A stretch of DNA of 64,000 nucleotides from an uncultured Alphaproteobacteria bacterium (GTDB lineage: Bacteria; Pseudomonadota; Alphaproteobacteria; Rhizobiales; Rhizobiaceae). The notes beneath the pieces were generated by a model. It was not told where the DNA came from. It saw only the letters and a list, made by a program, of their open reading frames with translations, and ran no database searches. Location of the stretch: NCBI GenBank assembly GCA_963758355.1, contig CAVWVG010000004.1:574013-638012 (forward strand), given 5' to 3'. Every line of letters begins with the position of its first letter. Positions within the stretch are counted from its first letter, which is position 1. This document shows, in pieces, positions 9,641 to 23,847 of this stretch. Position numbers and translations under genes: made by a program.

Positions 9641-10151
9641 GACTGACTCTCTTTTCTCCAATCGTCGCCCACCGTGATGGATGATCGCCTGCCTGACCGG
9701 GACACCCCGTGCACGGACCTCAGGAAAAACCTATTCGTCGTCTTGCTCACAACGGTTCCGGCTTCTCAGGAGTTAGAGGCTCCGGCAATGCCGGCGCGGT
9801 TCAACCTCTGGCGTATGATCAATCCTCAGTTTACGCGGCATGGAACCAGCCATCTGTGCAATTTTGATCATCGCAATGGAGCGTGCTTCGGCAGGGTCGC
9901 TTCGATGTGCAGAGTGTGAACCGGCATCGACCGCTGACCCTAGGGTCGACTGCCATCAAGTGCATGAGTTTGCTGCAAATCACTGGGCGGGGGGTGTCAT
10001 CGGCGCCGATCGTGACCCCCATTCGTTTTCAATAATGCCTCTGTAAATCAAGGCCTCACGCTCAGATATCAAGGGGGCAACCTTGGGCGCCGATTCACAA
10101 TCATCGATCTCTTCACGCCGGCAGAATGCTGCAACTACTTTGCCAACGCAG

Positions 10152-10517
10152 TTACGATGCAACGTGATCGGATTCGGCCGATGACGTATTGACGGACGAA
10201 GGCGACCTGCTTGGCATTGAGTTCCAGGGTGCAAGCACAAGGTCGCGCCGGACGACAATACGGATCGGGAACCCCGGCCTGATTGTCAGCGTCGGCTGGA
10301 CGTCGAGCTGGCGGCGCACGATTTCGTCGCCGATGTCGGCGATCGTGCCCTGCGCGCGCTCGCGGATCGCCTTGGCGATTTTGCTCTCGCCGGACGAGCT
10401 GAGTTCGGCGCCGCTGCCGAGCAGGCATAAGGAAAGCGACTCAAAGAACGCGATCACATCATCGCGACGCGGCTTGCAGCGAATGGCAACTTCACCTTCA
10501 GAACTGACGCCGTGCAC
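10152..10517 (-). pseudogene. TrbI/VirB10 conjugal-transfer protein, C-terminal remnant
   Basis: ...TIADIGDEIVRRQLDVQPTLTIRPGFPIRIVVRRDLVLAPW matches the conserved TrbI/VirB10 C-terminus. The rest of the gene and its operon are absent. Confidence 0.6.
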
Positions 10518-10799
10518 CTGAAAGATGGGCGGATCGCTTGCGAGTGTTCAATCTGGCTCAGAACTTCTAGGCGGCGCGCCGCCTAATCTGTACCGATCCG
10601 GGCTTCCGCGATGCCCCCCGGATTGGAACCAATGCCCGCACAAAACGTTATTGGTGAGGATTCGCTCGAATTTATCGATCGGCGAGGCCGAACTCACTGC
10701 CCTCTGTGCCTGCCGCTGATTGATGACGGCGCCACCCATCAGGTTCTGGTGAGGCTCGGATGATCCGTTCCCGCAGATCGCAGCAAAGCGCATATTGAA

Positions 10800-12191
10800 A
10801 TGACCGCACCCCGTTCAGACGCGCTCGTTTTCTTCGGCGCCACGGGCGACTTGGCCTACAAGAAAATCTTTCCCGCACTGCAGGCGATGATCCGGCACGG
10901 CGATCTGGACATTCCGATCATCGGCATGGCCCGGGGCGGATGGACGCTGGACAGGCTGCGCGAACGCGCGCGCGCCAGTCTGGAGCAGAACGGCGGTGTC
11001 GATGCCGACGCGTTCGCCAAACTATCGGCGAAATTGAAGTATGTTGACGGGGATTATGCCGATCCTGCGGCCTACGAGCGGCTGAAACAGGCCTTGGACG
11101 GTGCCGCGCGGCCGCTGCATTATCTTGCGATACCTCCCAGCATGTTTGGCGCCGTGGTGCGTGGGCTGGCCAAGGCCGGCTGCGATCATGATGCACGCGT
11201 TGTTGTCGAGAAGCCTTTCGGCCGCGACCTCGCCTCGGCGCAGGCACTTAACCGCACGCTTCACGAGGTCTTCGTGGAATCGTCGGTGTTCCGGATCGAT
11301 CACTACCTGGGCAAGGAGGCGGTACAGAACCTGCTGTACTTCCGTTTTGCCAACACCTTCCTAGACCCGATCTGGAACCGGCACTATGTCGACAACGTGC
11401 AGATTACCATGGCCGAGAATTTCGGCGTACAGGGTCGTGGCGCTTTCTACGAAGAAGTCGGCGCGATCCGCGACGTGGTGCAGAACCACATGCTGCAGGT
11501 GATCGCGCTGCTGGCGATGGATGCGCCGATCGGACACGATCCGGAGTCGGTGCGTGTCGAAAAGCAGCGGCTGTTTCGCGCCATGCGGCCAATCGATCCG
11601 GCTTGCGTGGTGCGCGGTCAATTTCGCGGCTATCGAGACGAGAGCGGCGTTGCGGCAGATTCGCGGGTCGAGACCTTTGCCGCGCTCTGCCTGCGCATCG
11701 ACACCTGGCGCTGGGCCGGTGTGCCGTTCTACATCCGCGCTGGCAAGTTTCTGCCGGTCACCGTTACCGAAGTCATGGTGAATCTGAAGCGCCCGCCGCT
11801 GGCAATCTTTGACGAGATCAGCTCAGCGGCCTCGAACTATTTCCGCTTCCGGCTCAGCCCGGAGGTGGTGATCTCGGCGGGTGCGAGGGTCAAGCAGCAC
11901 GGTGAGGAAATGTGCGGCGAGCCGGTGGAGCTGATCGCACGCCATGAACCGCGCAGTGAACAATTGCCTTATGAGCGCCTGCTGCGCGATGCGATGCGCG
12001 GCGATCCGTCGCTGTTCACACGCGATGACAGTGTGGAAGCCGCGTGGCGGGTCATCGACCCGGCGCTTGGCACAGACAAACCGGTGCAGGAATACGAACA
12101 GGGCAGCTGGGGACCACCCGCTGCCGCTAACATCGTGGCCAGCGACAAAGGCTGGCACAATCCAAAACCCGAGGAGAAAGCGCCGTGCTGA
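10800..12191 (+). CDS. zwf: Glucose-6-phosphate 1-dehydrogenase
   Basis: [21 protein letters not shown]-binding motif and RIDHYLGKE active-site motif. Uninterrupted 463-aa ORF. Confidence 0.95.
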   Translation: MTAPRSDALVFFGATGDLAYKKIFPALQAMIRHGDLDIPIIGMARGGWTLDRLRERARASLEQNGGVDADAFAKLSAKLKYVDGDYADPAAYERLKQALDGAARPLHYLAIPPSMFGAVVRGLAKAGCDHDARVVVEKPFGRDLASAQALNRTLHEVFVESSVFRIDHYLGKEAVQNLLYFRFANTFLDPIWNRHYVDNVQITMAENFGVQGRGAFYEEVGAIRDVVQNHMLQVIALLAMDAPIGHDPESVRVEKQRLFRAMRPIDPACVVRGQFRGYRDESGVAADSRVETFAALCLRIDTWRWAGVPFYIRAGKFLPVTVTEVMVNLKRPPLAIFDEISSAASNYFRFRLSPEVVISAGARVKQHGEEMCGEPVELIARHEPRSEQLPYERLLRDAMRGDPSLFTRDDSVEAAWRVIDPALGTDKPVQEYEQGSWGPPAAANIVASDKGWHNPKPEEKAPC

Positions 12192-12249
12192 CGCCTGTCG
12201 TGAACGCAGATCGGAAGCGGACGCCAACACCAACCTTCCAGGAGCACCC

Positions 12250-13335
12250 ATGAAACCGACGCGGCAACTGCACGATCTCGGCCAGAGCCTGTGGCTGGAC
12301 AACATCACCCGAGAGTTGCTCGATAACGGAACCCTGCATCGCTACATCGAGGATTTCTCGATCACCGGCCTGACCTCGAACCCGACCATCTTTGAAGGGG
12401 CAATCGGCGCTGGTGGTGCCTACGATGCCGGCATCCGCGAGAAGGTGCGCACTGGAAAGTCCGGCGAAAGTCTGTTCATCGAATTGGCGCTGGAGGATCT
12501 CTGCCGCGCCGCCGATCTGCTCCGCCCGGCGTTCGACACCAGCCATCACATCGATGGCTGGGTTTCGATGGAAGTCTCACCGCTGCTGGCCAACGATACC
12601 CACGGCAGCATTGAGGCCGCCCGGCAAATTCACCGGCAGGCCGATCGGCCGAACCTGTTCGTGAAGACTCCGGGCACCCCGGGAGGCATTGCGGCGATCG
12701 AGGAATCGATTTTCGCCGGCGTACCGATCAACGTCACTCTACTGTTTTCGCGCGAGCAATATCTTTCCTCCGCCAATGCCTATATGCGCGGTATTGAGCG
12801 CCGCATCGCCGCCGGGCTCGATCCGCGGGTCGCCTCGGTTGCGTCGTTGTTCGTCAGCCGCTGGGACGTGGCGATCAAGGAGAAGGTGCCCGCGGAGCTT
12901 CGCAACAAACTCGGCATCGCGATCGGCGGGCGGACCTATCGTGCCTATCGCGAACTTCTGGCATCGCCACGCTGGCGCAGGCTTGCTGAAGCGGGCGCTT
13001 ATCAGCAGCGTCTGCTCTGGGCCAGCACCGGCACCAAGGATCCCGACGCGTCCGCCACGCTGTATGTCGAAGCGCTGGCCGCGCCGGACACCATCAACAC
13101 CGTTCCAGAAAAGACCTTGAAGGCCTTTGCCGAACATGGGGTACTCAAAGGCGCGATGTCCGTGGACGGCGGCGATGCCGAGGCCATGCTGGCGCGCTTT
13201 GCGCAGGCCGGCGTCCACATCGACACGCTGGCGAGCAAGCTGCAAAAGGATGGCGCGCAGTCCTTTGTAAAATCCTGGCAACAGCTGCTGCAGCGCATTG
13301 CCGAAAAGAGCGCCGCGCATGCCGGCGCTCTCTGA
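12250..13335 (+). CDS. tal: Transaldolase
   Basis: [24 protein letters not shown]...[15 protein letters not shown]; GGAG upstream of ATG 12250; intact 361 aa. Confidence 0.9.
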   Translation: MKPTRQLHDLGQSLWLDNITRELLDNGTLHRYIEDFSITGLTSNPTIFEGAIGAGGAYDAGIREKVRTGKSGESLFIELALEDLCRAADLLRPAFDTSHHIDGWVSMEVSPLLANDTHGSIEAARQIHRQADRPNLFVKTPGTPGGIAAIEESIFAGVPINVTLLFSREQYLSSANAYMRGIERRIAAGLDPRVASVASLFVSRWDVAIKEKVPAELRNKLGIAIGGRTYRAYRELLASPRWRRLAEAGAYQQRLLWASTGTKDPDASATLYVEALAAPDTINTVPEKTLKAFAEHGVLKGAMSVDGGDAEAMLARFAQAGVHIDTLASKLQKDGAQSFVKSWQQLLQRIAEKSAAHAGAL

Positions 13336-13355
13336 CGCAACCAACGAGTATCGTC

Positions 13356-15012
<1,657 letters not shown>

Positions 15013-15016
<4 letters not shown>

Positions 15017-16681
15017 GCTCCACGGTCAGCCCGCTCGCCGGCAAGCGGGCGCCTGTGTCGCTATTGGTCGATGTGCCCAAGCTGCTCGCCGCCTATCTCG
15101 ACTTGCGACCCGATCCCACGGTGCCGGCGCAGCGCGTCGCCTTCGGTACCTCCGGGCACCGCGGCAGCTCGTTCGAACGCAGCTTCAACGAGTGGCATGT
15201 GCTGGCGATCAGCCAGGCGATCTGCGACTACCGCAAAAGCAAGAGCATCGATGGCCCGCTGTACATCGGCATCGACACGCATGCACTGTCGCAGCCGGCG
15301 TTCGAGAGCGCGCTGGAGGTGCTGGCCGCCAACGGCGTGGAGACGATGATTGCGCCGCGCGGCGAATACACGCCGACGCCCGCGATCTCGCACGCAATCC
15401 TGGTCTATAACCGTGGCCGCACCTCGGGCCTGGCCGACGGTATCGTCATCACGCCTTCGCACAATCCGCCCGACAATGGCGGCTTCAAATACAATCCGCC
15501 GAACGGCGGTCCGGCCAATACCGACATCACCGGCTGGATCCAGAATCGCGCCAATCGCGCTGGTCGAAGGCGGTCTCAAAGAGGTGCGGCGCACACCATT
15601 CGCACAAGCGCGCCGCGCTGCCTCGACACGCACGAGCACGATTATCTCGACGCCTACGTTAGCGACCTCGGCAGCATGCATCGATCTCGATGCGATCCGC
15701 AGCGCTGGCATCCGCATGGGCGTCGATCCGCTCGGCGGCGCCGGCGTGCATTACTGGGCGCCGATCGCCGAGCGCTACAAGCTCGACCTGACCGTGGTCA
15801 GCGACGAAGTCGACCCGACGTTTGCGCTTCATGACGCTTGGACTGGGACGGCAAGATCCGCATGGACCCGTCGTCGTCCTACGCAATGCAGCGGCTGATC
15901 GGACTGAAGGATCGCTACGACGTCGCGTTCGCCTGCGATACCGACCACGACCGCCACGGCATCGTCGACGCGCAGCGCCGGGTTGCTGCCGCCGAACCAC
16001 TATCTGTCGCGTCGCGATCGACTATCTGTTCCGCAATCGCCCGCGCTGGGACGAGGAAGCGGCTGTCGGCAAGACCGTGGTCAGCAGCGCGCTGATCGAC
16101 CGCGTGACCGCCAAGCTCGGCCGCAGGCTCTACGAGGTGCCGGTCGGCTTCAAATGGTTCGTCGACGGCCTGCTCGACGGCGCGCTCTGGGCTTCGGTGG
16201 CGAGGAAAGCGCCGGAGCATCGCTTCAGCCGCATCGACGGGACCGTGTGGACGACCGACAAGGACGGCATCGTCCCGGCGTTGCTGTCGGCCGAGATCAC
16301 CGCACGCACAGGCCGCGATCCTGGCGAGCTTTACGCCGAGCTCACGCGCGAACTCGGCGAACCGGTTCGCCGACCGCGTCGAGGCGCCGGCCACCGCCGA
16401 GCAGAAGCGGAGGCTGGCGAAACTCTCGCCGCGGCAGGTGCGCATCACGCAACTGGCCGGCGAGAAGATCGAACAGCGTTCTCGACCGCGCGCCGGGCAA
16501 CGACGCGGCAATCGGCGGCATCAAGGTGATGGCGGCCAGCGGCTGGTTCGCCGCACGGCCCTCCGGCACCGAGGACATCTACAAGATCTATGCGGAGAGT
16601 TTTCGCGGCAAGGACCACCTCGCGCGCATCGTTCAGCGAGGCGCAGGATTCGTGGATCGCACATTGAAGACCAATGGATAG
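15013..16681 (+). pseudogene. pgm: Phosphoglucomutase (alpha-D-glucose phosphate-specific), multiple frameshifts
   Basis: MSSTVSPLAGK...GTSGHRGSS...GIVITPSHNPPDNGGFKYNPPNGGPA, then at least 5 frame changes. Fragments lie in the ORFs starting at 15350, 15838, 15822, 15983 and 16438, ending ...PSGTEDIYKIYAESFRGKDHLARIV. The ATGA overlaps the pgi stop. Confidence 0.85.
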
Positions 16682-16734
16682 CATCCCTCGCGCCCGATTG
16701 CGGGGCAGACGAACGCCAGACTTCAGGAGCGACC

Positions 16735-18823
16735 ATGTCCGACGAACTCGATCAACTCTGCATCAACACCGTGCGATTCCTGTCGGTAGACGCCGTGCAG
16801 AAGGCGAACAGCGGGTCATCCCGGGATGCCGCATGGGCGCGGCGCCGATGGCCTACGTGCTGTGGACGCGGCTGCTCAAGCACAATCCGCGCAATCCGAT
16901 CTGGTTCGATCGCGACCGCTTCGTGCTCTCGGCCGGGCACGGCTCGATGCTGCTTTACAGCCTGCTGCATCTGACCGGCTACGATCTGTCGCTGGACGAC
17001 ATCAAGCAGTTCCGCCAATGGGGCAGCAAGGCGCCCGGACATCCCGAGCGCGGCCAAACGCCGGGCGTGGAAACCACCACCGGGCCGCTTGGGCCAGGGC
17101 TTCGCCAATGCGGTCGGCATGGCGATCGCCGAAGCGCAGCTGGCGGCCCGATACAACCGGCCCGGAATTCGAGGTGATCGACCACGCAACCTACGTGATC
17201 GTCAGCGACGGCGACCTGATGGAAGGGGTCTGCCGCCGAAGCGGCCTCGCTGGCCGGGCATCTCAGGCTCGGCAAGCTGATCTGTCTGTACGACGACAAC
17301 CGCGTCACGCTGGCCGCCGGCACCGACATCACTTTCTCGGAGGATCGCGCGCGCCGCTTCGACAGCCTATGGCTGGCACACCGTGTCATGTTGCGGACGG
17401 CAACGACCTCGGCGCCATCGACGCCGCGCTGTCACGCCGCGCGCGCGGAAACCGCACGGCCCTCGCTGATCCTCGTGCGCACCCATATCGGCTACGGTTC
17501 GCCCAACAAGCACGACAGCTTCGAGGCGCACGGTTCGCCGCTGGGCGTGGACGAGGTGCGCCTGACCAAGCAGAACCTCGGCTGGCCGACCGAGCCGCCG
17601 TTTCTGATCCCGGAACCGGCGCTGATCACATTTTCGTGAGGCCGCTCGCGCGCGGCGCGCGCGATGAGGCCGCGTGGAACGACGCGCATGGCGGGCTACG
17701 CGCGAAGCATTCCCCGATCTGGCGGACGAGCTCGCGCAAGAGGCTGCGTGGCGAATTGCCGCGCGGGCTGGGACGCGGACATCCCGAGTTTTCCGCTGAC
17801 GCCAAGGGAATGGCCACGCGCGTCGCCTCGGGCAAGGTCATGAATGCGATGGCGCCACGAGTGCCGGCGCTGATCGGCGGGTCGGCCGACCTCGATCCGT
17901 CGACCTACACCGCGCTGAAGGGCCTCGGCGACTTCAATCCGCCAGCCAGGCAATGACCCGATACCCAAGGCTCCGAGCGGCGGTGGCTGGAGCTACGCCG
18001 GACGCAATCTGCATTTCGGCGTGCGCGAGCACGCGATGGGCGCGATCGTGAACGGATTGGCCGCGCACGGCGGACTCATTCCGTACGGCGCGACCTTCCT
18101 CATCTTCTCCGACTACATGCGCCCGCCGATCCGGCTGGCGGCGCTGATGGGCTTGCACGTCGTGCATGTGTTTACGCACGACAGCATCGCGCTCGGCGAG
18201 GACGGTCCCACCCACCAGCCGGTGGAGCAGACTCGCCGGCCTCCGCGCGATTCCGAACCTGACCGTGATCCGCCCAGGCGACGCCAACGAAACTGCGGTT
18301 GCGTGGCGGGTCGCGCTGGAGACGCGCGATCGTCCGGTAGCGCTGGTGCTGACCCGGCAGAGCGTGCCGACGCTCGATCGCACGCGATACGCCTCGGCCG
18401 ATGGCCTGCGCCGCGGCGCCTACGTGCTCAGCGATGCGCCCGACGGCACGCGCCGACGTTGATCCTGATCGCCAGCGGCTCCGAAGTCGGCCTGATCGTT
18501 GCCGCGGCGGAGCGCCTGTCACGGGCGAGGGCATCGCCGTGCGCTGCGTTTCGATGCCGAGCTGGGATCTGTTCGATGCCCTGCCGCAAGCCGATCGCGA
18601 CGCGGTGCTGCCGCCCTCGGTTCGCGCGCGTCTCGCGGTCGAAGCTGGCGTCGCGCAGGGCTGGCACCGTTACGTCGGCGACGGCGGCGACGTGATCGAG
18701 CATCGAGCGGTTCGGCGCCTCCGCGCCAGGCGAGACGTGTTGCTGCGCGAATACGGCTTCACCGTCGACATCATCTGCGCACGCGCCATGGCGCTAATCC
18801 CCTCAGACCAAGGCCGGCACTGA
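16735..18823 (+). pseudogene. tkt: Transketolase, many frameshifts
   Basis: [27 protein letters not shown] / [24 protein letters not shown]...[16 protein letters not shown] / [22 protein letters not shown] / ...DGDLMEGV... The conserved Tkt blocks are spread over all three forward frames (at least 6 shifts). Confidence 0.85.
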
Positions 18824-18828
18824 TTTTT

Positions 18829-19040
18829 CAAAATGAACTCTTTGAAGGCGCCGCTTCGCGCTGGCGCTCAGCCGGATGGACCGTGGCGGTGATCGGCCGC
18901 CTGCCTTTTGGAGGCACTTGCGCGCTGCGTGGCTGCGATCCAATAAAGGTGCTGGTCACCGCGGACTGAAGGCCGAGGGGATCAAAGCCACGATATTCGC
19001 GTACCCGACCGCGGCTTCCGATATCGGCCACATGATTTGA
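18829..19040 (+). pseudogene. Remnant of a pyridine nucleotide-disulfide oxidoreductase (N- and C-terminal scraps only)
   Basis: ...VAVIGRLPFGGTCALRGCDPIKVL (degenerate GGTCxxxGCxPSK redox site) followed by a C-terminal-like KATIFAYPTAASDIGHMI-stop. The middle of the gene is missing. Confidence 0.4.
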
Positions 19041-19090
19041 AACGCGCTGCGGATCAGCGGATGTACGAACCGGGATGATGACGCCCAAAC

Positions 19091-19768
19091 TCAGTGCCGC
19101 AAAAGTTGTTTCAGGTCATACTGCAACAGGTCGCCGATGCGCTCGATGCTGACATCGGCGGCGGGGAATTCTGCAAGAACCTTCGCGTCGTGCGCATAGT
19201 GGCCCTGGCGCACGAAGACGGTGGTGACGCGCGGTCCCCAACTTTTCTTGACCGAGGCCAGGATGCGTAATTTGTCCTCCACGAGAACATAGTGTTTGGC
19301 GGGAAGCTGTCGCGCGACATCGTCGAGTTCCTTTTCCTTGTGCAGATAGATCATGACCTTGCCGCTTGCTGCTTGAAACAGGCCGGAGCGGTCGATCTTG
19401 CGCGGCTGAAAGACCACATCGCCATCAGTGAGGATGGCCGCTGCCCCCCATTTCCCGACATGTTCGATGACCTTGAGCGCGTGCGGAAAGAGGCGGTCGG
19501 CGAAGGGATAATCGAGCAGGAAACGGCCAACGGCGAGAACAGCCGGATCGCGCGGGTACTTGACGCGATAGCGTTGCAGGGCGCCCAAGTAATCTGCGTA
19601 ACCGAGCTCAGTTCGCAGATCCTCGAAGATGCGCCAATAATGCTGCGCGCGGTTGATCCCCACTTCACTTTCGAGGTGGCTTTGGAGGTCTGCGATGACG
19701 CGGTCGTTGTCGAGCAACGTGTTGTCCACGTCGAACAAAAACGCGGTCGCTGGCCGGGAATTTCTCAT
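19091..19768 (-). CDS. HAD-superfamily hydrolase
   Basis: MRNSRPATAFLFDVDNTLLDND (DxDxT motif I). 225 aa from ATG 19768. Confidence 0.75.
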   Translation of the reverse strand: MRNSRPATAFLFDVDNTLLDNDRVIADLQSHLESEVGINRAQHYWRIFEDLRTELGYADYLGALQRYRVKYPRDPAVLAVGRFLLDYPFADRLFPHALKVIEHVGKWGAAAILTDGDVVFQPRKIDRSGLFQAASGKVMIYLHKEKELDDVARQLPAKHYVLVEDKLRILASVKKSWGPRVTTVFVRQGHYAHDAKVLAEFPAADVSIERIGDLLQYDLKQLLRH

Positions 19769-19790
19769 TCTTCTGTCGCCTTCCGAGCCG

Positions 19791-20810
19791 TCACTTGCCG
19801 TCTGATTTCTCAATATGTCCGCCGAACTCAAGCCGCATTGCGGACAACAGCTTTTCGGCAAAATCCGCCTCGCCGCGCGAGCTGAATCGCGAATAGAGTG
19901 CCGTGCTGAGCACAGGCGCCGGTACACCCTCATCGATGGCCGCTTTGATCGTCCACCGACCTTCGCCGGAATCCGATACTCGACCTTCGAACGTTGCGAG
20001 CGTCGGATCCTTGAGCAGGGCGTCGGCGGTCAAATCCAGCAACCACGAGGCAATCACGCTGCCGCGCCGCCAGACCTCCGCGATATCTCGCAGATTGAGA
20101 TCGAATTGGAATTCTTCGGGGTTGCGCAACGGGGTCGTTTCTGCATCGGCGGCCTGTTCGCCCTTGCCCACATTGGCGTGCTTCAGAATGTTCATGCCCT
20201 CGGCATAGGCCGTCATGAGGCCGTACTCGATGCCGTTGTGCACCATTTTGACAAAATGGCCGGCGCCGCTTGGCCCGCAGTGCAGATAGCCTTGTTCTGC
20301 TGTTCCACCAAGCTTTTCCCGCCCGGGCGTACGCGGGATATCGCCCACCCCGGGCGCCAACGTCTTGAATACAGGATCGAGGCGCTGGACCGCCTCGTTA
20401 GGGCCGCCGATCATCAGGCAGTAGCCGCGCTGCAGGCCCATTACGCCACCGCTCGTCCCACAATCGACGTAGTGAATCTGCTTGGACGCGAGTTCCTTCG
20501 CAATCCGGATGTCGTCGACGTAGTAGGAGTTGCCGCCGTCGATGAGGATGTCGCCGGGCTCGAGATGGGGCAGGATGTCGCCGATGAGTTGTTCCACAAA
20601 CGCCCCCGGGACCATCAACCAGATGGCCCGTGGCTGCTCCAGCTTCTTCACCATATCCGCAAGCGAGGACGCCCCAACGGCCTTTTCCTGCGTAAGCGCT
20701 TTCACCGCTTTGGACGATATGTCGAAAACCACGCATTGATGGCCGCCCTGGAGCAGTCGCCGCACCATGTTGGCGCCCATTCTTCCCAGACCGACCATTC
20801 CAATTTGCAT
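19791..20810 (-). CDS. gnd: 6-phosphogluconate dehydrogenase, decarboxylating (short Gnd-like form)
   Basis: [20 protein letters not shown] Rossmann N-terminus and the conserved [19 protein letters not shown] block. Intact, 339 aa. Confidence 0.9.
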   Translation of the reverse strand: MQIGMVGLGRMGANMVRRLLQGGHQCVVFDISSKAVKALTQEKAVGASSLADMVKKLEQPRAIWLMVPGAFVEQLIGDILPHLEPGDILIDGGNSYYVDDIRIAKELASKQIHYVDCGTSGGVMGLQRGYCLMIGGPNEAVQRLDPVFKTLAPGVGDIPRTPGREKLGGTAEQGYLHCGPSGAGHFVKMVHNGIEYGLMTAYAEGMNILKHANVGKGEQAADAETTPLRNPEEFQFDLNLRDIAEVWRRGSVIASWLLDLTADALLKDPTLATFEGRVSDSGEGRWTIKAAIDEGVPAPVLSTALYSRFSSRGEADFAEKLLSAMRLEFGGHIEKSDGK

Positions 20811-20855
20811 GTTGTCTTCCTTTGCAGAACAGCGTGTTGGTGGGCAGCGTTCCGT

Positions 20856-22385
20856 TCACCATGCCAGCCAGCGTCTGGCCAGCGCTTTGAGCGTTGGCGT
20901 CAAGCGCGTGCGGGTATACGCATCGGCGGCCATTTTGATCGCCTCTGCCTGGGTCGGGTACGTGTGAACGACTTGCGCGAGGGCGCGAAGGCCGATGCCG
21001 GAGTTGATCGCAAGCGAGAGTCCGTTGATCATTTCCCCGGCATGGCGCGCGACCACGGTGGCACCGAGAATCCGATCGCTGCCCTGGCGAACGTGAATCT
21101 TGACGAAGCCTTCTTCCGCGCTGTCTGTTACTGCGCGATCGACGTCATGCATCAATATCGTGAACGTCCTAACCGGGATGCCTCGTTCCCGCGCTGCCCT
21201 AGCATAAAGCCCGACATGGGCGATCTCCGGGTCGGTATATGTGCACCGGGGTATCGCGAGCGCGCTCAGCCGCTTGCGGCCAAGGAATAGCGCGTTCCGC
21301 AAGGCGATGCGTGCAGAAGCATCTGCCGCATGCGTGAACTTATGCTCCAGACAGACATCGCCCGCCGCATAGACGCGCCGGTTGGTGGTTTGTAGGAAGT
21401 CGTTGACGACAATGCCCGTATCAGTGTTGTACGTGACCCCGGCGCTATTGAGGTTCAGCCCTTCGACATTGGGAGCGCGACCGATGCCGGTCAGGATTTC
21501 ATCGACCGAAACGCTGCTCTTGTTGTCGTCGCTGACCAGGTCGGCGACTTTCATTCCGCCTTCCGTCCGCACCGCGACGACCTTGGAGTTGAGATGGATT
21601 TCGACGCCGTCACGCGCCAACGCATCCGACAGGATCTGCGCGGCCTCGCGCTCTTCCTTTGGCAGGAACATCGGTTGGTCCTGGACGATGATGACTTCAG
21701 TTCCCAGCCGGCTGAAGGCCTGCGCCATTTCGCAGCCGAGCGGGCCGCCGCCGATGACCAGAAGACGCCGCGGACGCTCGTTCAGGTCAAAGACGCTTTC
21801 GTTCGTCAGACACCCCGCTTCAACAAGTCCCGGTATTGAAGGCATCTTCGGCCGCGCGCCGGTAGCAACGAGCGCTTTCCTGAAGTGCAGCGTCTTGTCG
21901 TCCACTTCGACAGCGCGGCGCCCTGCAAACCGCGCCTCCCCGAAATACATATCGACGCCGTCCGCGCTTATCCGTTGGGCGGAATCGATGCGGCTGATGT
22001 GTGTCTGGACGCGACGCATCCGTTGCATGACAGATCGGAAATCCACCTCGATGCCACCGGGTACCTTTGCGCCGAAGGTTTCGGCGGTGCGCATCTCGGC
22101 GTACAGGCGTGAGGTACGAATGATTGCCTTCGACGGCACGCAACCGACATTCAGGCAATCACCGCCAATAAGATGGCGCTCGATCAACGCGACTTTCGCG
22201 CCCAGTGCCGCCGCAGCACGCGCTGCGACGAGTTCCGCCGGACCCGCGCCGATGACGACGAAATTATACTCGCCCGTCGGTTCCGGATTGCTCCAGGCTG
22301 GCGGGTGAACATTGTCGACGAGCGCGCGATAGAAGCGATCATCGTGCTCCTCGGCAGGATCTTGCCGTGGGGATGCATTCGTCAT
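20856..22385 (-). CDS. FAD-dependent pyridine nucleotide-disulfide oxidoreductase (mercuric/glutathione reductase-like)
   Basis: VVIGAGPAE...GGDCLNVGCVPSK redox-active disulfide and a dimerisation-domain C-terminus. Start MTNASP at 22385 shares one base with the upstream stop (TAATG). Confidence 0.8.
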   Translation of the reverse strand: MTNASPRQDPAEEHDDRFYRALVDNVHPPAWSNPEPTGEYNFVVIGAGPAELVAARAAAALGAKVALIERHLIGGDCLNVGCVPSKAIIRTSRLYAEMRTAETFGAKVPGGIEVDFRSVMQRMRRVQTHISRIDSAQRISADGVDMYFGEARFAGRRAVEVDDKTLHFRKALVATGARPKMPSIPGLVEAGCLTNESVFDLNERPRRLLVIGGGPLGCEMAQAFSRLGTEVIIVQDQPMFLPKEEREAAQILSDALARDGVEIHLNSKVVAVRTEGGMKVADLVSDDNKSSVSVDEILTGIGRAPNVEGLNLNSAGVTYNTDTGIVVNDFLQTTNRRVYAAGDVCLEHKFTHAADASARIALRNALFLGRKRLSALAIPRCTYTDPEIAHVGLYARAARERGIPVRTFTILMHDVDRAVTDSAEEGFVKIHVRQGSDRILGATVVARHAGEMINGLSLAINSGIGLRALAQVVHTYPTQAEAIKMAADAYTRTRLTPTLKALARRWLAW

Positions 22386-23800
22386 TACAACCAACCGCCC
22401 TTGAATCCGGCGCTGCGTAGTCCACTCACGACATAGCGGCACTTGCGCATTAACTTCCAAATCAGCCGAGATCGATAATTCTCGATCATCAGGACAATCA
22501 GGCCTTGATCGAGTCCGAAATAGCCCTCGGCGACCCATCCCGAAGGATCAGTGCCAGCCAGTGTCGGATTGAATCCGGTCGGCAATTTGGCGTCGCGGAC
22601 AAGCTCGGGATATTGCGCGCAAAGATGACGCAGCGCAGGCAACGCGAGTTCGGGCACGAACGGCAGCGACGCCAGCGCGGCCCACGGAGAGATCGTTCCA
22701 TCATCGGGACCAAAGGGCACGCCACGCGCGGCATAGCCGAAGAAGCGGCGCACCCTGCCATCCATTTTCAGCGTTGGAGACGACGGCCCTTCGCCGGCGG
22801 TGATTCCCCAGCAGTTTTCGCCATAGCCCATGAATTCATGCGGATTGCGGCAGGCATATTCGCGCTGGACATAGGCCGCACGCCTGCTGTTTTCGAAATA
22901 GTCGCTGCGCTTTTCGCGCATGAAGCGATCCCTTATGCCTTCAAAATCGATCCAGGCATGGGAGAATTGGTGAATGAAGAGCGGACCGGCATAGAGAAAG
23001 TCGTAGTCGTAGATATTCTCCCACTGATAGGTCGCGGTCCAAGCTGAATAGCTGTTTGCCGGTAATGGATGTGTCGGCGATGCCAGGCCGAGAATGTAGA
23101 GGATCGTCCCCTCATCATAGCCATCCGAGCCATAGTTGAGGAATCCGCTGCCTGGTTTCCATCCCTGACGCACGGTCGGTCCGTTGTCGCATGACCATTG
23201 CCAGTCAACGCGGCGGTAGAGCGCATCGGCGAGCGCACGAATTTCATTTTCGGCCGGCGTGTCTTCGCTGAAATAGACACCCGCAAGCAATACTCCCGCT
23301 AGTAGCAACGTCGTGTCGATCAGCGACAGTTCCGACCGCCAGACGCGCTTGCCGGTCTGCATGTCGAGAAAGTGGTAAAAAAAGCCCTTGTGGCCGGTCG
23401 CGTCGGGCTGTTCGCCCTGTTCGCCGTTCCAGAAGAACCGCAGGGGAACGAGCGTGCGCGCCGCCGCATCCGCGCGCTCCATCCAGCCACGCTCCACGCC
23501 CACCGGATAACACGACAGCGCGAAGCCCATGACCGCGATGCTGCACGGCGAGCCAATGCGGCTGGTATCGGCCACCAGGCCGGTATCGGCATTATAGTGC
23601 TCCACGAAATAGCCGAACGCTGCGCGGTGGAACCGGTCGAGCAATTCTTCGTCCGATTGGTTAGGCGCCTTAACCACGATCACGCTCTCCAAATCGGAAG
23701 GTGACGGCCGCCACCGAGGGGCGGCAAATGACGTCAACGTAGAGCGCTCCATCCCGGAAGTCGAACTGGTGCGGTTCTGGTCCGCGGTTTGACACATCAT
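22385..23800 (-). CDS. Glucoamylase-family protein (PF10091/DUF3131-like, GH144-type beta-glucan hydrolase-like)
   Basis: GFFYHFLDMQTGKRVWRSELSLIDTTLLLAGVL...GWKPGSGFL...YDEGTILYILGLASPTHP...FIHQFSHAWIDF are blocks I recognise from this family. True start uncertain (M17 at 23752 is possible). Confidence 0.65.
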   Translation of the reverse strand: MMCQTADQNRTSSTSGMERSTLTSFAAPRWRPSPSDLESVIVVKAPNQSDEELLDRFHRAAFGYFVEHYNADTGLVADTSRIGSPCSIAVMGFALSCYPVGVERGWMERADAAARTLVPLRFFWNGEQGEQPDATGHKGFFYHFLDMQTGKRVWRSELSLIDTTLLLAGVLLAGVYFSEDTPAENEIRALADALYRRVDWQWSCDNGPTVRQGWKPGSGFLNYGSDGYDEGTILYILGLASPTHPLPANSYSAWTATYQWENIYDYDFLYAGPLFIHQFSHAWIDFEGIRDRFMREKRSDYFENSRRAAYVQREYACRNPHEFMGYGENCWGITAGEGPSSPTLKMDGRVRRFFGYAARGVPFGPDDGTISPWAALASLPFVPELALPALRHLCAQYPELVRDAKLPTGFNPTLAGTDPSGWVAEGYFGLDQGLIVLMIENYRSRLIWKLMRKCRYVVSGLRSAGFKGGWL

Positions 23801-23847
23801 GCAGTTGCGCTTCTACAATCCGAAACGCCGGCACTCGACGATCGGAT

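Noticed and set aside
9725-9770. Possible EcfG-type general-stress promoter upstream of hpf (GGAACCGTTGTGAGCAAGACGACGAATAGG on the minus strand)
   Set aside because: The GGAAC -35 is present, but at N16-17 the -10 reads ACGA/CGAA rather than the CGTT consensus. It cannot be supported without transcription start site data.
19815-21290. 491-aa plus-strand ORF overlapping gnd and the oxidoreductase 3' end
   Set aside because: It is antisense to two genes with strong conserved motifs. It has no motifs of its own and a shadow-ORF composition.
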